Of a stretch of DNA of 64,000 nucleotides, positions 52,357 through 61,582 are shown one piece after another. Made by a program: the position numbers and the translations under genes. Position 1 is the stretch's first letter; each line of letters opens with the position of its first letter. Under the pieces are notes generated by a model. That model searched no databases. It was not told the DNA's origin and saw only the letters and a list, made by a program, of their open reading frames with translations. The stretch is from a virus (taxonomy: Duplodnaviria > Caudoviricetes), in the IMG/VR virus record IMGVR_UViG_3300024259_001623; one strand, 5' to 3'.

Positions 52357-53448
52357 TTATATGGTACAGTACAAAACTTCTGCTAACTTCTTAACTACTA
52401 CCGGATAACTGAATCTTTGTTTCACGTAAGTGTATGCAGCATCAGCCTTTACAGTCATCTCTTCTCTATGAGAAAAAGCATATCTCATCCTTTCTCTGAT
52501 TTGAGACACAGAGATATAGGGCCAGAGAGCATTTTTAAATTGGAAGATGTTGTCTAGACATGGTATTTTATTATAGCCTTCAGGGACCAATAATAATGAA
52601 GTATCCGTATTACCATACTCAACACAACCAGAATGATCTGGGACAATCGTAGGGACTTTTAAGGCCATTGCCTGTAATGCAGGTAATCCAAAACCTTCTC
52701 CTAAACTTGCAGAAATATAACAATCAAAAGATTTTATATAACTCGCTACGTCATCATCATTTATAGTCGAAACATCTATAATAATTTCAGGAAATTCTCC
52801 AATCTTTTTTATAGATCTTTTTATTCTTTTTATAGTATTTTCGACTTGTACTCTGGTTGTATTTGTAGTTTTGATAGTGAGAGAAACATCATCTTGTTTT
52901 GAGAATTCTTCTAAGAAAGCTGTTATCAATTTCTCATAATTTTTTCTTTGCTTCCATGTTCCCATGAACAGAAAATTAAAACTAGTTTTATGTACAACTA
53001 ATTTTAAAACTTCAGGTGTAAAAACATTAAAGTTTATACAGTGAGGTATATAAAAAATAGGAGTTGTGAGCTTTAGTTTTTTAAACTCTCTATAATTAAA
53101 CATGCTCGGTGTTATAATAGCATCATTGCGATTTAAGTAAATACTCCAATTATCCGGAGGACTTGTAGTTTCAAAAGTCGCATAACCTATTGTCCTACCT
53201 ACACTTCTAACTCTTCTCTGCATTTGAGGGATACAATGATAAAGAGCAATACTCGGATTTTTTACACTTTTTTTAATTAGTGATTTATAGAAATCATGCA
53301 GGTCACTATTTATTTTTTTATGAGAACCTAAGTCTAACGCAGTTATATTAACATCATAACCAGCTTCATGAAGTGCTTGTATATTATTTTTTGCTGCTGT
53401 AGCAAAGCCTGTAGCAGATAAAAAACATATATAGTTGATAGGGATCAT
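52357..53448 (-). CDS. GT-B glycosyltransferase (family 4)
   Basis: FLFMGTWKQRKN; ISASLGEGFGLPALQAMA. Confidence 0.85.
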   Translation of the reverse strand: MIPINYICFLSATGFATAAKNNIQALHEAGYDVNITALDLGSHKKINSDLHDFYKSLIKKSVKNPSIALYHCIPQMQRRVRSVGRTIGYATFETTSPPDNWSIYLNRNDAIITPSMFNYREFKKLKLTTPIFYIPHCINFNVFTPEVLKLVVHKTSFNFLFMGTWKQRKNYEKLITAFLEEFSKQDDVSLTIKTTNTTRVQVENTIKRIKRSIKKIGEFPEIIIDVSTINDDDVASYIKSFDCYISASLGEGFGLPALQAMALKVPTIVPDHSGCVEYGNTDTSLLLVPEGYNKIPCLDNIFQFKNALWPYISVSQIRERMRYAFSHREEMTVKADAAYTYVKQRFSYPVVVKKLAEVLYCTI

Positions 53449-54098
53449 AACACAGTCATTATCGGATTTTTAGTCAACTCATAATTTTCAGATAACACAC
53501 TAGCATTTATAAATTTTATATCGGCAGATTGATAAACACCAGTTCCCCCATGTATATGTCCAAATACATGTAGCTTTGGCTGTATTTCATACATTCTACT
53601 CAAAAGTATAGGACAACCAGCCAACGATCCATCCCAATGTACATAATCTCCATATCCTTTTGGTGGGCCATGAGTAATTACAATATCAGTGTCTAGTGGA
53701 ATAGTTTGATATAAAAGTGCTGCTCTAGTTTTACCAGCATTACCTGTGGGAAAATTAAATGCCCAATTATACCCAAAATGTGGACTCCAGGGACTTCCCC
53801 ATATTTTAATTCCATCAATCTCTACACTATCATTATAAAGATAGTGCCACGAAAGCTCAATAGTCCATTTTTTTGCATACTGGAAAACAAAATCGTGGTT
53901 ACCTGCAATCCCTACTATATTTTTAGCAGGCACAGAAGAAAGCCAACTGGCGAAATGATCTTTCAACCAGTTGGCTTGCCACGCTGCTTCGTGATTCGTA
54001 GTAGGGCAGATATCTCCCGCAATGATTAACAAGTCACATTCAGGGACCTGTACCTCATCCATCTGTCCATGCATATCAGATATACATGCAATTATCAT
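53445..54098 (-). CDS. Calcineurin-like metallophosphoesterase
   Basis: SDMHG, AGD, GNHD, THGPP, GHIH. Confidence 0.9.
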   Translation of the reverse strand: MIIACISDMHGQMDEVQVPECDLLIIAGDICPTTNHEAAWQANWLKDHFASWLSSVPAKNIVGIAGNHDFVFQYAKKWTIELSWHYLYNDSVEIDGIKIWGSPWSPHFGYNWAFNFPTGNAGKTRAALLYQTIPLDTDIVITHGPPKGYGDYVHWDGSLAGCPILLSRMYEIQPKLHVFGHIHGGTGVYQSADIKFINASVLSENYELTKNPIMTVL

Positions 54099-54106
54099 AT
54101 ATTTAC

Positions 54107-55234
54107 TTATCTCTCATCAGCAAGGTAGATAGGACTACGCTGCTTGATGATTAAACGACGCCCCTTAATATACTCTTCTTCCAGTGGCTTGATAACAATG
54201 CCTTCTCTGCGAACATCCGGATAAAGCATAGAATACCCATTAGAGGCTTGCTGTATCGTTACACCCTTCGGGAACAGATCAGTCTCGTGAGGATTCTTAG
54301 ACAGCAACCAATCTTCTAATGTTATATTATAGCCAAGAGTAGGAACAAGTATCAATCCTGCCTTCTTGCCAAACACCTTATTAATGTAATCAATAAAGAT
54401 CGGTGTATTAACCCAAAGACCATTGATTTTAAGGTCAAACAGTCTCACCGTATTCTCTGGGAATTTATAGATATTTTTTTGGACTTTCGGACCAAGCATC
54501 TCTCCATAAACAGTAACGCTTTTGCCTGGATGTTCATCGGCAATTGCATTAGCAAAATCCAAAATACCTTCTCTAATAGCTACTTGCCACCAAGGATTAG
54601 TAGACTTATCCTCAGTTTCAATAGTATGTCTACGAGAGTTAACGTACTCAGTTCTATCAACTCCAATAGTGACAGAGAAATTAGACCCTTCTACTTTCTC
54701 AGAAATCCAGCAAGGTCTAGTCATTAGTGCTTCCACTAGATGCTTATACCTTTCTGCACCTTCAATATCATAGATAGTAAGATCTTCAGGTAAAGTAGTA
54801 AGTTTAGTCTGATTCCCCCCCATCATGCTAAACTGAACAGGTGGCTCATATTTCTCTACTCCAAAATACTGAGTTAACTGTTCGGTGGTAAAAGGCTCAT
54901 CAATCTCGGTAGGATCAGGCTTCTCAACATCCTCGCCCAGCATATCCAGCTTACCTACAATGCCTTGACTAATCTCATCCCTTAGACGGACAGTTTTGAC
55001 ACGGTTTTTCTTACTGCCGGATAATTTTCCCAGTAATCCCATCTTCTCAGAAACCCAATCAGGAAGCAGAGAATCGATAGGGAAGTAGATAACCTCTTCA
55101 CCGGAAGTATAAACACCTTTAGGAATAACAAATTGAAATTCCATACCATCCAGTTTAGCCAGTTCAAGTCTATCTGCATTAGGATGCGGATATACTTTCT
55201 CTATAGTCTCAATTGTTACTCCGAAAAATGCCAT
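54107..55234 (-). CDS. RNA ligase, DRB0094/Rnl2-like with an N-terminal OB fold
   Basis: HPNADRLEL; SEKVEGSN; YGEMLG; REGIVIK. Confidence 0.85.
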   Translation of the reverse strand: MAFFGVTIETIEKVYPHPNADRLELAKLDGMEFQFVIPKGVYTSGEEVIYFPIDSLLPDWVSEKMGLLGKLSGSKKNRVKTVRLRDEISQGIVGKLDMLGEDVEKPDPTEIDEPFTTEQLTQYFGVEKYEPPVQFSMMGGNQTKLTTLPEDLTIYDIEGAERYKHLVEALMTRPCWISEKVEGSNFSVTIGVDRTEYVNSRRHTIETEDKSTNPWWQVAIREGILDFANAIADEHPGKSVTVYGEMLGPKVQKNIYKFPENTVRLFDLKINGLWVNTPIFIDYINKVFGKKAGLILVPTLGYNITLEDWLLSKNPHETDLFPKGVTIQQASNGYSMLYPDVRREGIVIKPLEEEYIKGRRLIIKQRSPIYLADER

Positions 55235-55956
55235 TTTATTATCCTTTACTTAGTTTTAGTTGCAGAAACTACCTTATGACTGTGGAAAGAACGATACACT
55301 CCATCCTTCAAAATGAAGATCTCGTTCGATGCTCGTTTATTTCCCGCATTCCAAGTGATTAACAAGGCTCTATCAAGCTTTACACTAACGCCAGTTCCCT
55401 TATGAATACCGTTCAAAATACTTTTACCATCGGGTTGAATCTCAATTGTTCCATAAGTGAACTTATAAACGCCTTCCCACTTATGAGCTACACTTGTCGG
55501 AGGCAGAACAGGGACCGGCTTAATCTTAGGTGTTGCGGCCGGCGTTGCAGCTTCAATTTCTTTGTTAACCTCGGCCATTCTAAGAACAAGAATCTTAGAC
55601 AACGTTGCATCACCCTTGTCAACAGACTTCTTCAATTCTCCATGAAGTTGTTTAACATAATCCTTCTTAGCCTGCAATACCTTTGCTTGATATTCTTTTT
55701 CGGCCTGCTTCATGGAATTCTTTAGCTGGATATTAGCAAGCATCAAACCAAGATGCTGATAAGTATCCGCAGTAGGAGCCGCAGGTGCAGGCTTTGTTGT
55801 CGGGGTCTCTGCAACAACAGTACTCGTAGTGATAGCAATAAATAAAATCGCTAAAAATAACTTCTTCATTTTAAATCTCCTTTTCTTATAAGTACATGAG
55901 AGAACCTGGGATGATCACCCAGGTCAGTCTCATGCTTCAGTAACGATGTTTGTTAC

Positions 55957-56421
55957 TTACACAGTCGCGGCGGGGTCAGTTACAGTATCAGTTTCGGTGA
56001 CTGTTACTGTAACTTCGTTTTCTGGTTCATCACCGGCTTCTGCTTCCGATTCGGCTTCCGAATCTTCGACAACCGTAGCAACTACAGTTTCATCTACAGC
56101 ATTACCATCTGCATCAAAAACCTTAGTCCAATGACCAGCGTATTCGCCTTCAGTCAGCTTGGTAAAACCAGGCTTTGGCCGACCTCGGCCCTTTGCCAAA
56201 CGGGAAACCAAATTCCCATCGGCATCCTTCAACTCGACAGCGATTTCGCCATCAGGCCCAAAGGTAATATACTCAGGGGTAAAGCGAACAGCGTCAGCAA
56301 CGGGGCTAACAATAAAATCGCCATTGTCTTGCTTCACGGCGCCACGCGGGGGACGACCCTTACCCTTGACCTTACGACTCAGTTCGTTTCCTTCTGCATC
56401 AACATAAATCAGTTCAGCCAT
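55957..56421 (-). CDS. AT-hook-like protein with an acidic tail
   Basis: KGKGRPPRG and KGRGRPKPG. Confidence 0.6.
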   Translation of the reverse strand: MAELIYVDAEGNELSRKVKGKGRPPRGAVKQDNGDFIVSPVADAVRFTPEYITFGPDGEIAVELKDADGNLVSRLAKGRGRPKPGFTKLTEGEYAGHWTKVFDADGNAVDETVVATVVEDSEAESEAEAGDEPENEVTVTVTETDTVTDPAATV

Positions 56422-56479
56422 TGCTACATCTCCTTAAAAAGTTTAAATTTGCTTTCTACTATATTCTAGCATAAAATCG

Positions 56480-57328
56480 CTAAAATGCAACACAATAATC
56501 TGTTTTTTCGAGGAATTTTTTCAATTTACGTAAACCGTTTTCCTCATGGTGTTTAGCCCACGGCCTGCTTACTCCAAGCTCTTTACCAACATCAGAATAA
56601 GTGGGTTTCTTTCCATCAAAAAAGTATCTCATTTCAACAGCGACTCTTTCTTGGTAAGTTAGTCCAGCAGAATTATCTTTTAATGCTGTTCTAATAACAT
56701 CTATTAACTTACTATAATCGGTGGATAGATCTTCTACATCTTCTCCATCTTCAGTGTCATAAGAGACAGGGAACTTTTCTTCTCTCTCTTGTTTCTTCTT
56801 AATTTCTCCGGCAAAAGTTTTTATAATAGACCAAGTTGCATAAGTCGAAAACTTATTGCCTCTAGAAATATCGAATGTCTTAATAGCTCTCAGTAATGCT
56901 TCATTACCGACAGATACCATATCTTCATAATCTAAACCACTCTTCAAAAATCTCTTTGTTGTATTTATGACTAGTGCTAGATTATATTCTACTAACTTCT
57001 TTTGCATTGCTAATACAACTTTATACCAATGCATTATCTCTTGTTTAGCTGTATCCGTGAGTCCATCAGGATATGACTCTTTTACCTGAGAAATTCTTTT
57101 TCGCGCTAAATTATAACGCAAAAATACATTCCGTTCTTCTTCCCGACTTAATACAACAATATTTTTAGACGTTCTAACAGGAAGATCACAATTGAAAAAC
57201 CAAGATACATCCACATCCTCTGGAAGGTCTTGGTTCTCAATGCGTTCAGAAATTGTAGAATCCTCAAAATCAGGATGGTCTACGTATCTATTCTGTTCTA
57301 AAATATTCTTTAAGTCTTCTAGTTCCAT
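56480..57328 (-). CDS. Sigma-70 family RNA polymerase sigma factor
   Basis: Region 2 NLALV...EDMVSVGNEALLRAIKTFDISRGNKFSTYATW; region 4 TYSDVGKELGVSR. Confidence 0.9.
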   Translation of the reverse strand: MELEDLKNILEQNRYVDHPDFEDSTISERIENQDLPEDVDVSWFFNCDLPVRTSKNIVVLSREEERNVFLRYNLARKRISQVKESYPDGLTDTAKQEIMHWYKVVLAMQKKLVEYNLALVINTTKRFLKSGLDYEDMVSVGNEALLRAIKTFDISRGNKFSTYATWSIIKTFAGEIKKKQEREEKFPVSYDTEDGEDVEDLSTDYSKLIDVIRTALKDNSAGLTYQERVAVEMRYFFDGKKPTYSDVGKELGVSRPWAKHHEENGLRKLKKFLEKTDYCVAF

Positions 57329-58491
57329 TACTTCTCTTCTTCAAAACGATTCATAGCAGTAGAAGGCTCAAAACCTTCCAATACATTGCCAGTAGGTCTA
57401 AACAATTCGAACAAACTATTACGAAGTTTAGACTTAGACCCAGTTCGTATAGTCTCTAAAAAATCTCGTTTTCTACAGGGAAAAACGAATCTTTTAACCC
57501 TTGGGTCGATAGTATTGTTTGGATTCTGCAAATACATTCCTAACTCTTTATCACCCAACTCTTTAGTAGATAGATAAACCTCTTCTACCTCAGTTAAAAG
57601 ATCGTCCAGCTTCCCATTCAGTATAGATTCTATAGCATCAAAATCTTTACGAAATTCCTCTGGCAAATCTTTTTTCGCATTTTCAAGATCATCTAAGTTT
57701 CTCATCATGTCCCAGATAACCAATGGAGTGCAATTAGAAACTAAGCGATGCAACCTGCAATACTCATCACCCTTGATCTTGATACGATAACCATTAGTAA
57801 ACCGTACAACGAAACCCTCTTCATTATACGACAACGTTTTGCAAACTCCCAACATATCATCCAAAGAATCAAAATGAGCAGTTTCAGTCAAACCCATTCC
57901 AGTCTCTCTACTGGTGGCTTCCAATATCTCTCTTTGCAATTCATGACCAGTATCTACAAAGTACCCCCCCAGTAAAACTAATCCCTCAAAATCATAAGTT
58001 ACAACAATGCGATTCTGAGTATAGATTATTTCCACTAAATAAGTAGCATTCTCATGCATATAATCAAGCATGTAGCTCTGTAAATTCTTCTCAGCCCAAA
58101 CAGCTTGATCAGAAGCAAAAGAACCACGAGTAGCTACATTCCATTTTCCATTCCAAAAATAAACGATCCCTAAAGATCCATCCATCTTCAAAGTAGTAGA
58201 AAAACCCAAATCAGGTAGGTCTTCTTCTACCTCTCCATAATTGAAGAACTTGGGAAAAGGAGCAGCGACTACCTTCTTTTGAGAAGGGCAAAGGATTAAA
58301 CCTCTGGCCACAAGAGTAAAAATGTTCCAATGCTTATCATAAGTAGCAGTAGCACTATAATTGAAAAGCTCTAAATCATCTTTAGTTTGAACGTTGATGT
58401 ATCCAGCCTCTACCTCTTCCTGAAGACCTTTATACAAGTCATCGAACGGAAGAGTTAAAGCAGGATGTATGTGATATTCTATTTTTTCCAT
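57328..58491 (-). CDS. T4 Rnl1-like RNA ligase
   Basis: ARGLIL...PFPKFFN; KMDGSLG; EGFVV. Confidence 0.9.
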   Translation of the reverse strand: MEKIEYHIHPALTLPFDDLYKGLQEEVEAGYINVQTKDDLELFNYSATATYDKHWNIFTLVARGLILCPSQKKVVAAPFPKFFNYGEVEEDLPDLGFSTTLKMDGSLGIVYFWNGKWNVATRGSFASDQAVWAEKNLQSYMLDYMHENATYLVEIIYTQNRIVVTYDFEGLVLLGGYFVDTGHELQREILEATSRETGMGLTETAHFDSLDDMLGVCKTLSYNEEGFVVRFTNGYRIKIKGDEYCRLHRLVSNCTPLVIWDMMRNLDDLENAKKDLPEEFRKDFDAIESILNGKLDDLLTEVEEVYLSTKELGDKELGMYLQNPNNTIDPRVKRFVFPCRKRDFLETIRTGSKSKLRNSLFELFRPTGNVLEGFEPSTAMNRFEEEK

Positions 58492-58535
58492 GAGTTTTTG
58501 CCCTTTCAGACAAGCTCACAATTTTCCAGCTATTT

Positions 58536-59699
58536 TCAGGGAGATTTTCCCATCATTTCTTCTATATAATTATCTTCTTCTAAAGACTCTTTGCGCAAGG
58601 AGTTAATAAATTCCGCGCAGAAAAGATTAAACCCCACTTGTCTTTCATGAAGATCAGGATCAAAGCCCTGTCCTCTAGTCTGTAAAGGCAACCAAGTCTT
58701 CCCAATCACATAAGTCATTGCCATAGAAACAGATGCAAGCTCACATAATGAATCCCTGAATGAAGTCCATCTAATATCATTAGTATCAACGCCATCAGAA
58801 ATGGCTTTATAGATAGGCTCATAGTACAACTTAGACCATAATGTTATATTATACCTTTTATCCTCATTAAAACCTAAAAACCGATTATGTACCTCTTCTG
58901 AGTCACTGGCGGGCGTTAAATCTAATGCTGCATTAATCGCTATAACAGTATGAGAAGCAGGCCAATGAATATCACTCATTGTAAATCTTGCACGTTCATT
59001 ATCCTCAATCGCTGCAAAATTCTTTTTCGCCCAATTATACCAACAATCAGCATGAGATTTAATATTGTCAAAATATGAAATTTCAGAATGCCAATCCAAA
59101 ACCTTCAATGACAATAAACCAATCGCTTTTTGATAAACATCTTCATGTACCAAACAATACATGAGTTGTTGCCAATCCTGCTCGAAATGAGGACTCTTCC
59201 CAAAAACACTTATGTCAATCCGAAAATCCATCTCATACCCAATGATCTTCAACCATCTAAGAAGACCATTACCATACTCTTTGTATCTCCCTTCCGGAAA
59301 ATCCTTACCAAGATCGATTCTTCCCTCTTTCTGAAGTCGCTCAAAAAATGACAACAAATGTGTAGACATCGGATCTTCTTCGTCTACGTCTATGCAACCA
59401 TAATCATCATATTCACCTTTTATTGCAACAGAAAAAGGTTGAAAAAGATCATCTGATTTGATAATACTATCTTGCACAGGATGACCACATCTCCCCTTAA
59501 TGTCTGGAAGCAAAAGAACTAAACGTACCTTGTCTCCACACAGAATAGGTAAATTGGACAAATTGCAACATGCATTATAACATCCCATTATTCCGCTTCT
59601 CCATAAAGGTCTTTGACTAGAGCGATATCTATATCCCAATCGTTTGCTTCGACATTCGAAACCAACCTGTCGAAAAACTTTTTTATCCTTGTCTTGCAA
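58536..59699 (-). CDS. Hypothetical protein (probable start at the internal MGCYNACC)
   Basis: Long ORF; the stop overlaps the TCCCTGA motif. Confidence 0.7.
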   Translation of the reverse strand: MQDKDKKVFRQVGFECRSKRLGYRYRSSQRPLWRSGIMGCYNACCNLSNLPILCGDKVRLVLLLPDIKGRCGHPVQDSIIKSDDLFQPFSVAIKGEYDDYGCIDVDEEDPMSTHLLSFFERLQKEGRIDLGKDFPEGRYKEYGNGLLRWLKIIGYEMDFRIDISVFGKSPHFEQDWQQLMYCLVHEDVYQKAIGLLSLKVLDWHSEISYFDNIKSHADCWYNWAKKNFAAIEDNERARFTMSDIHWPASHTVIAINAALDLTPASDSEEVHNRFLGFNEDKRYNITLWSKLYYEPIYKAISDGVDTNDIRWTSFRDSLCELASVSMAMTYVIGKTWLPLQTRGQGFDPDLHERQVGFNLFCAEFINSLRKESLEEDNYIEEMMGKSP

Positions 59700-60297
59700 A
59701 AAGGTTCTTTTTCAATTAACAGCCTAAATGCAAGCACAGCAATGTTTTCTATCTCTAAAGCTTTTGCCCAATATTCTGTATATTCATCAAAATCATACCC
59801 AGAAGCAGCAAATGCAATAATTTGAACATATTTATCAACGAAATCACCATTAATAGCTCTTTTGAAGTCACTTACGGCTCTCTGCTGAAAACCAGGATAT
59901 GCTGTCATCTCAACAATATGAAAAAGAAGATGAATAGCAGAATCCACTTTCTCCACAGGCATATTCAAACGCTTATCACCAGATAATGCAGGACCAAGCA
60001 GGGATCGGACAGATCCCCACGCCTGAATGATAATCTTTAACTGCTCATCTGATGTATCTTCATCTTCCAAAAGATTACAAATCTTATCTTCTGGATATTC
60101 ATCAATATGACCACAAGCTAAAGGTTCGGTGCTACAGCCCATTATTCGGTCTACCACCTGCCTGTATGTTATCTCTTCCATTTTATTATGGCCTCAAATC
60201 CTGAAGTCTACTAATATCTCTTCCTTGAAGCTTTACCTCTCGCGCAAGATTTTGTAATTCTTTAGTCAATGTAAGAACGCATTGGATCATTGTTTTC

Positions 60298-60372
60298 GGG
60301 CTACCGCCCTACTCTCGGACTTAAACCGACAATCGTATGTCTACGTGCGTCTACCAATTCCGCCACCCGCCT
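60298..60372 (-). pseudogene. Degenerate Leu-like tRNA remnant
   Basis: GGTGGCGGAATTGGTAGACGC D arm, a 4-nt-loop hairpin in place of the anticodon arm, a T-like arm, and no acceptor pairing. Confidence 0.55.
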
Positions 60373-60378
60373 ATATAA

Positions 60379-60451
60379 CACGCCTGACAGGATTCGAACC
60401 TGTAACATTCTGCTTAGAAGGCAGATGCTCTATCCATTGAGCTACAGACGC
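60379..60451 (-). tRNA. tRNA-Arg (TCT)
   Basis: Stem TCTGC/GCAGA, loop CTTCTAA. Confidence 0.93.
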
Positions 60452-61545
60452 AAATGTCTATTGAATATCGCTCGGGAAAAGATAACTAGCGATACCTATA
60501 ACAACAGCAGCTATAAACATCCCAATATCACCAGTTACGAAAAAACATGACAGAAATACTATTGAAGCTATTAAGCAAGGTAATTTTAACATTATTCTAC
60601 CTTCTTCAATAACTTAATAAAGTTTTTGGTGGTAGGGTTCATCCGGGCAGGCTCAATATCAGCCAAGTCAGAAAGAAGTTCCCCAATCTCTACCTTCAAT
60701 AAAACAAGAGGAACACTAGGCAACTCAGGGTTCTCATTAAGCTGCACAAGATCAATCGTAGTTGTTTCGACAGCACCAGTCCCATGAGTCTTCTCAAGAG
60801 TAATCTTCATCTTTTATTCCTTATCTAATTGACGTTCAACTTCAACTATGCGCTCAACCAAAACTTTATTGTCCTGCTCTAATTCTTCGATTGAGTAACT
60901 TTGCATTAGATTTACAACATGAGCGAGTATTAATGCAATACAAATAAGAGTGATAGCTAAATATCTCATCTTTTTAATCCTTAAATTGAGGAATGTCCAA
61001 ATACATTCCATCAAGACTCTCTTTTACAACTACAAACAGTGATCGAGTCATATTACTCGCAATAATCGTCTTGCCTTCAGGGACTTCCTGATGATACCAA
61101 TTCACTCGAAATCGACCTAACCATACTCGTTTATCAATCCCATTAGTCTGTAAGTCTTTAACTAAAAAGAAGTTCTCACAATCCTGCTGCTCGTCTGCTG
61201 CCCATTTCTCTACAAATTCTTTCATCAAATCTTTTTTCTGGGCGTCAACAACAACACTAACTTTCGAGTTCTTTTGGCTCGGTTTTATCTGGGGCATTAT
61301 CTATTTCCTTATTTTTAATAAATGAGTCTTCATTCATCTTGTTAAACAAACGATTACGTAAATTACGCTCATTAGCCTGCTGCTGTAATCCTGCACACAA
61401 CTCAGTAAACCTCTCGTCAGAAAGTACAACAGCAGAAACCAATAAACTCTCAACTTCATTCTTCAATAACATATTGTCTCCAAAATGAAAACCACTTATC
61501 AGAAAATATAAGATTTACACACTTTATTGCAAAACCGGAAATGAG

Positions 61546-61582
61546 TTATATAATATATATACTCTGTATATATATTATATAA
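61546..61582. repeat. Perfect 17-bp AT-rich inverted repeat
   Basis: TTATATAATATATATAC-TCT-GTATATATATTATATAA. Confidence 0.9.
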
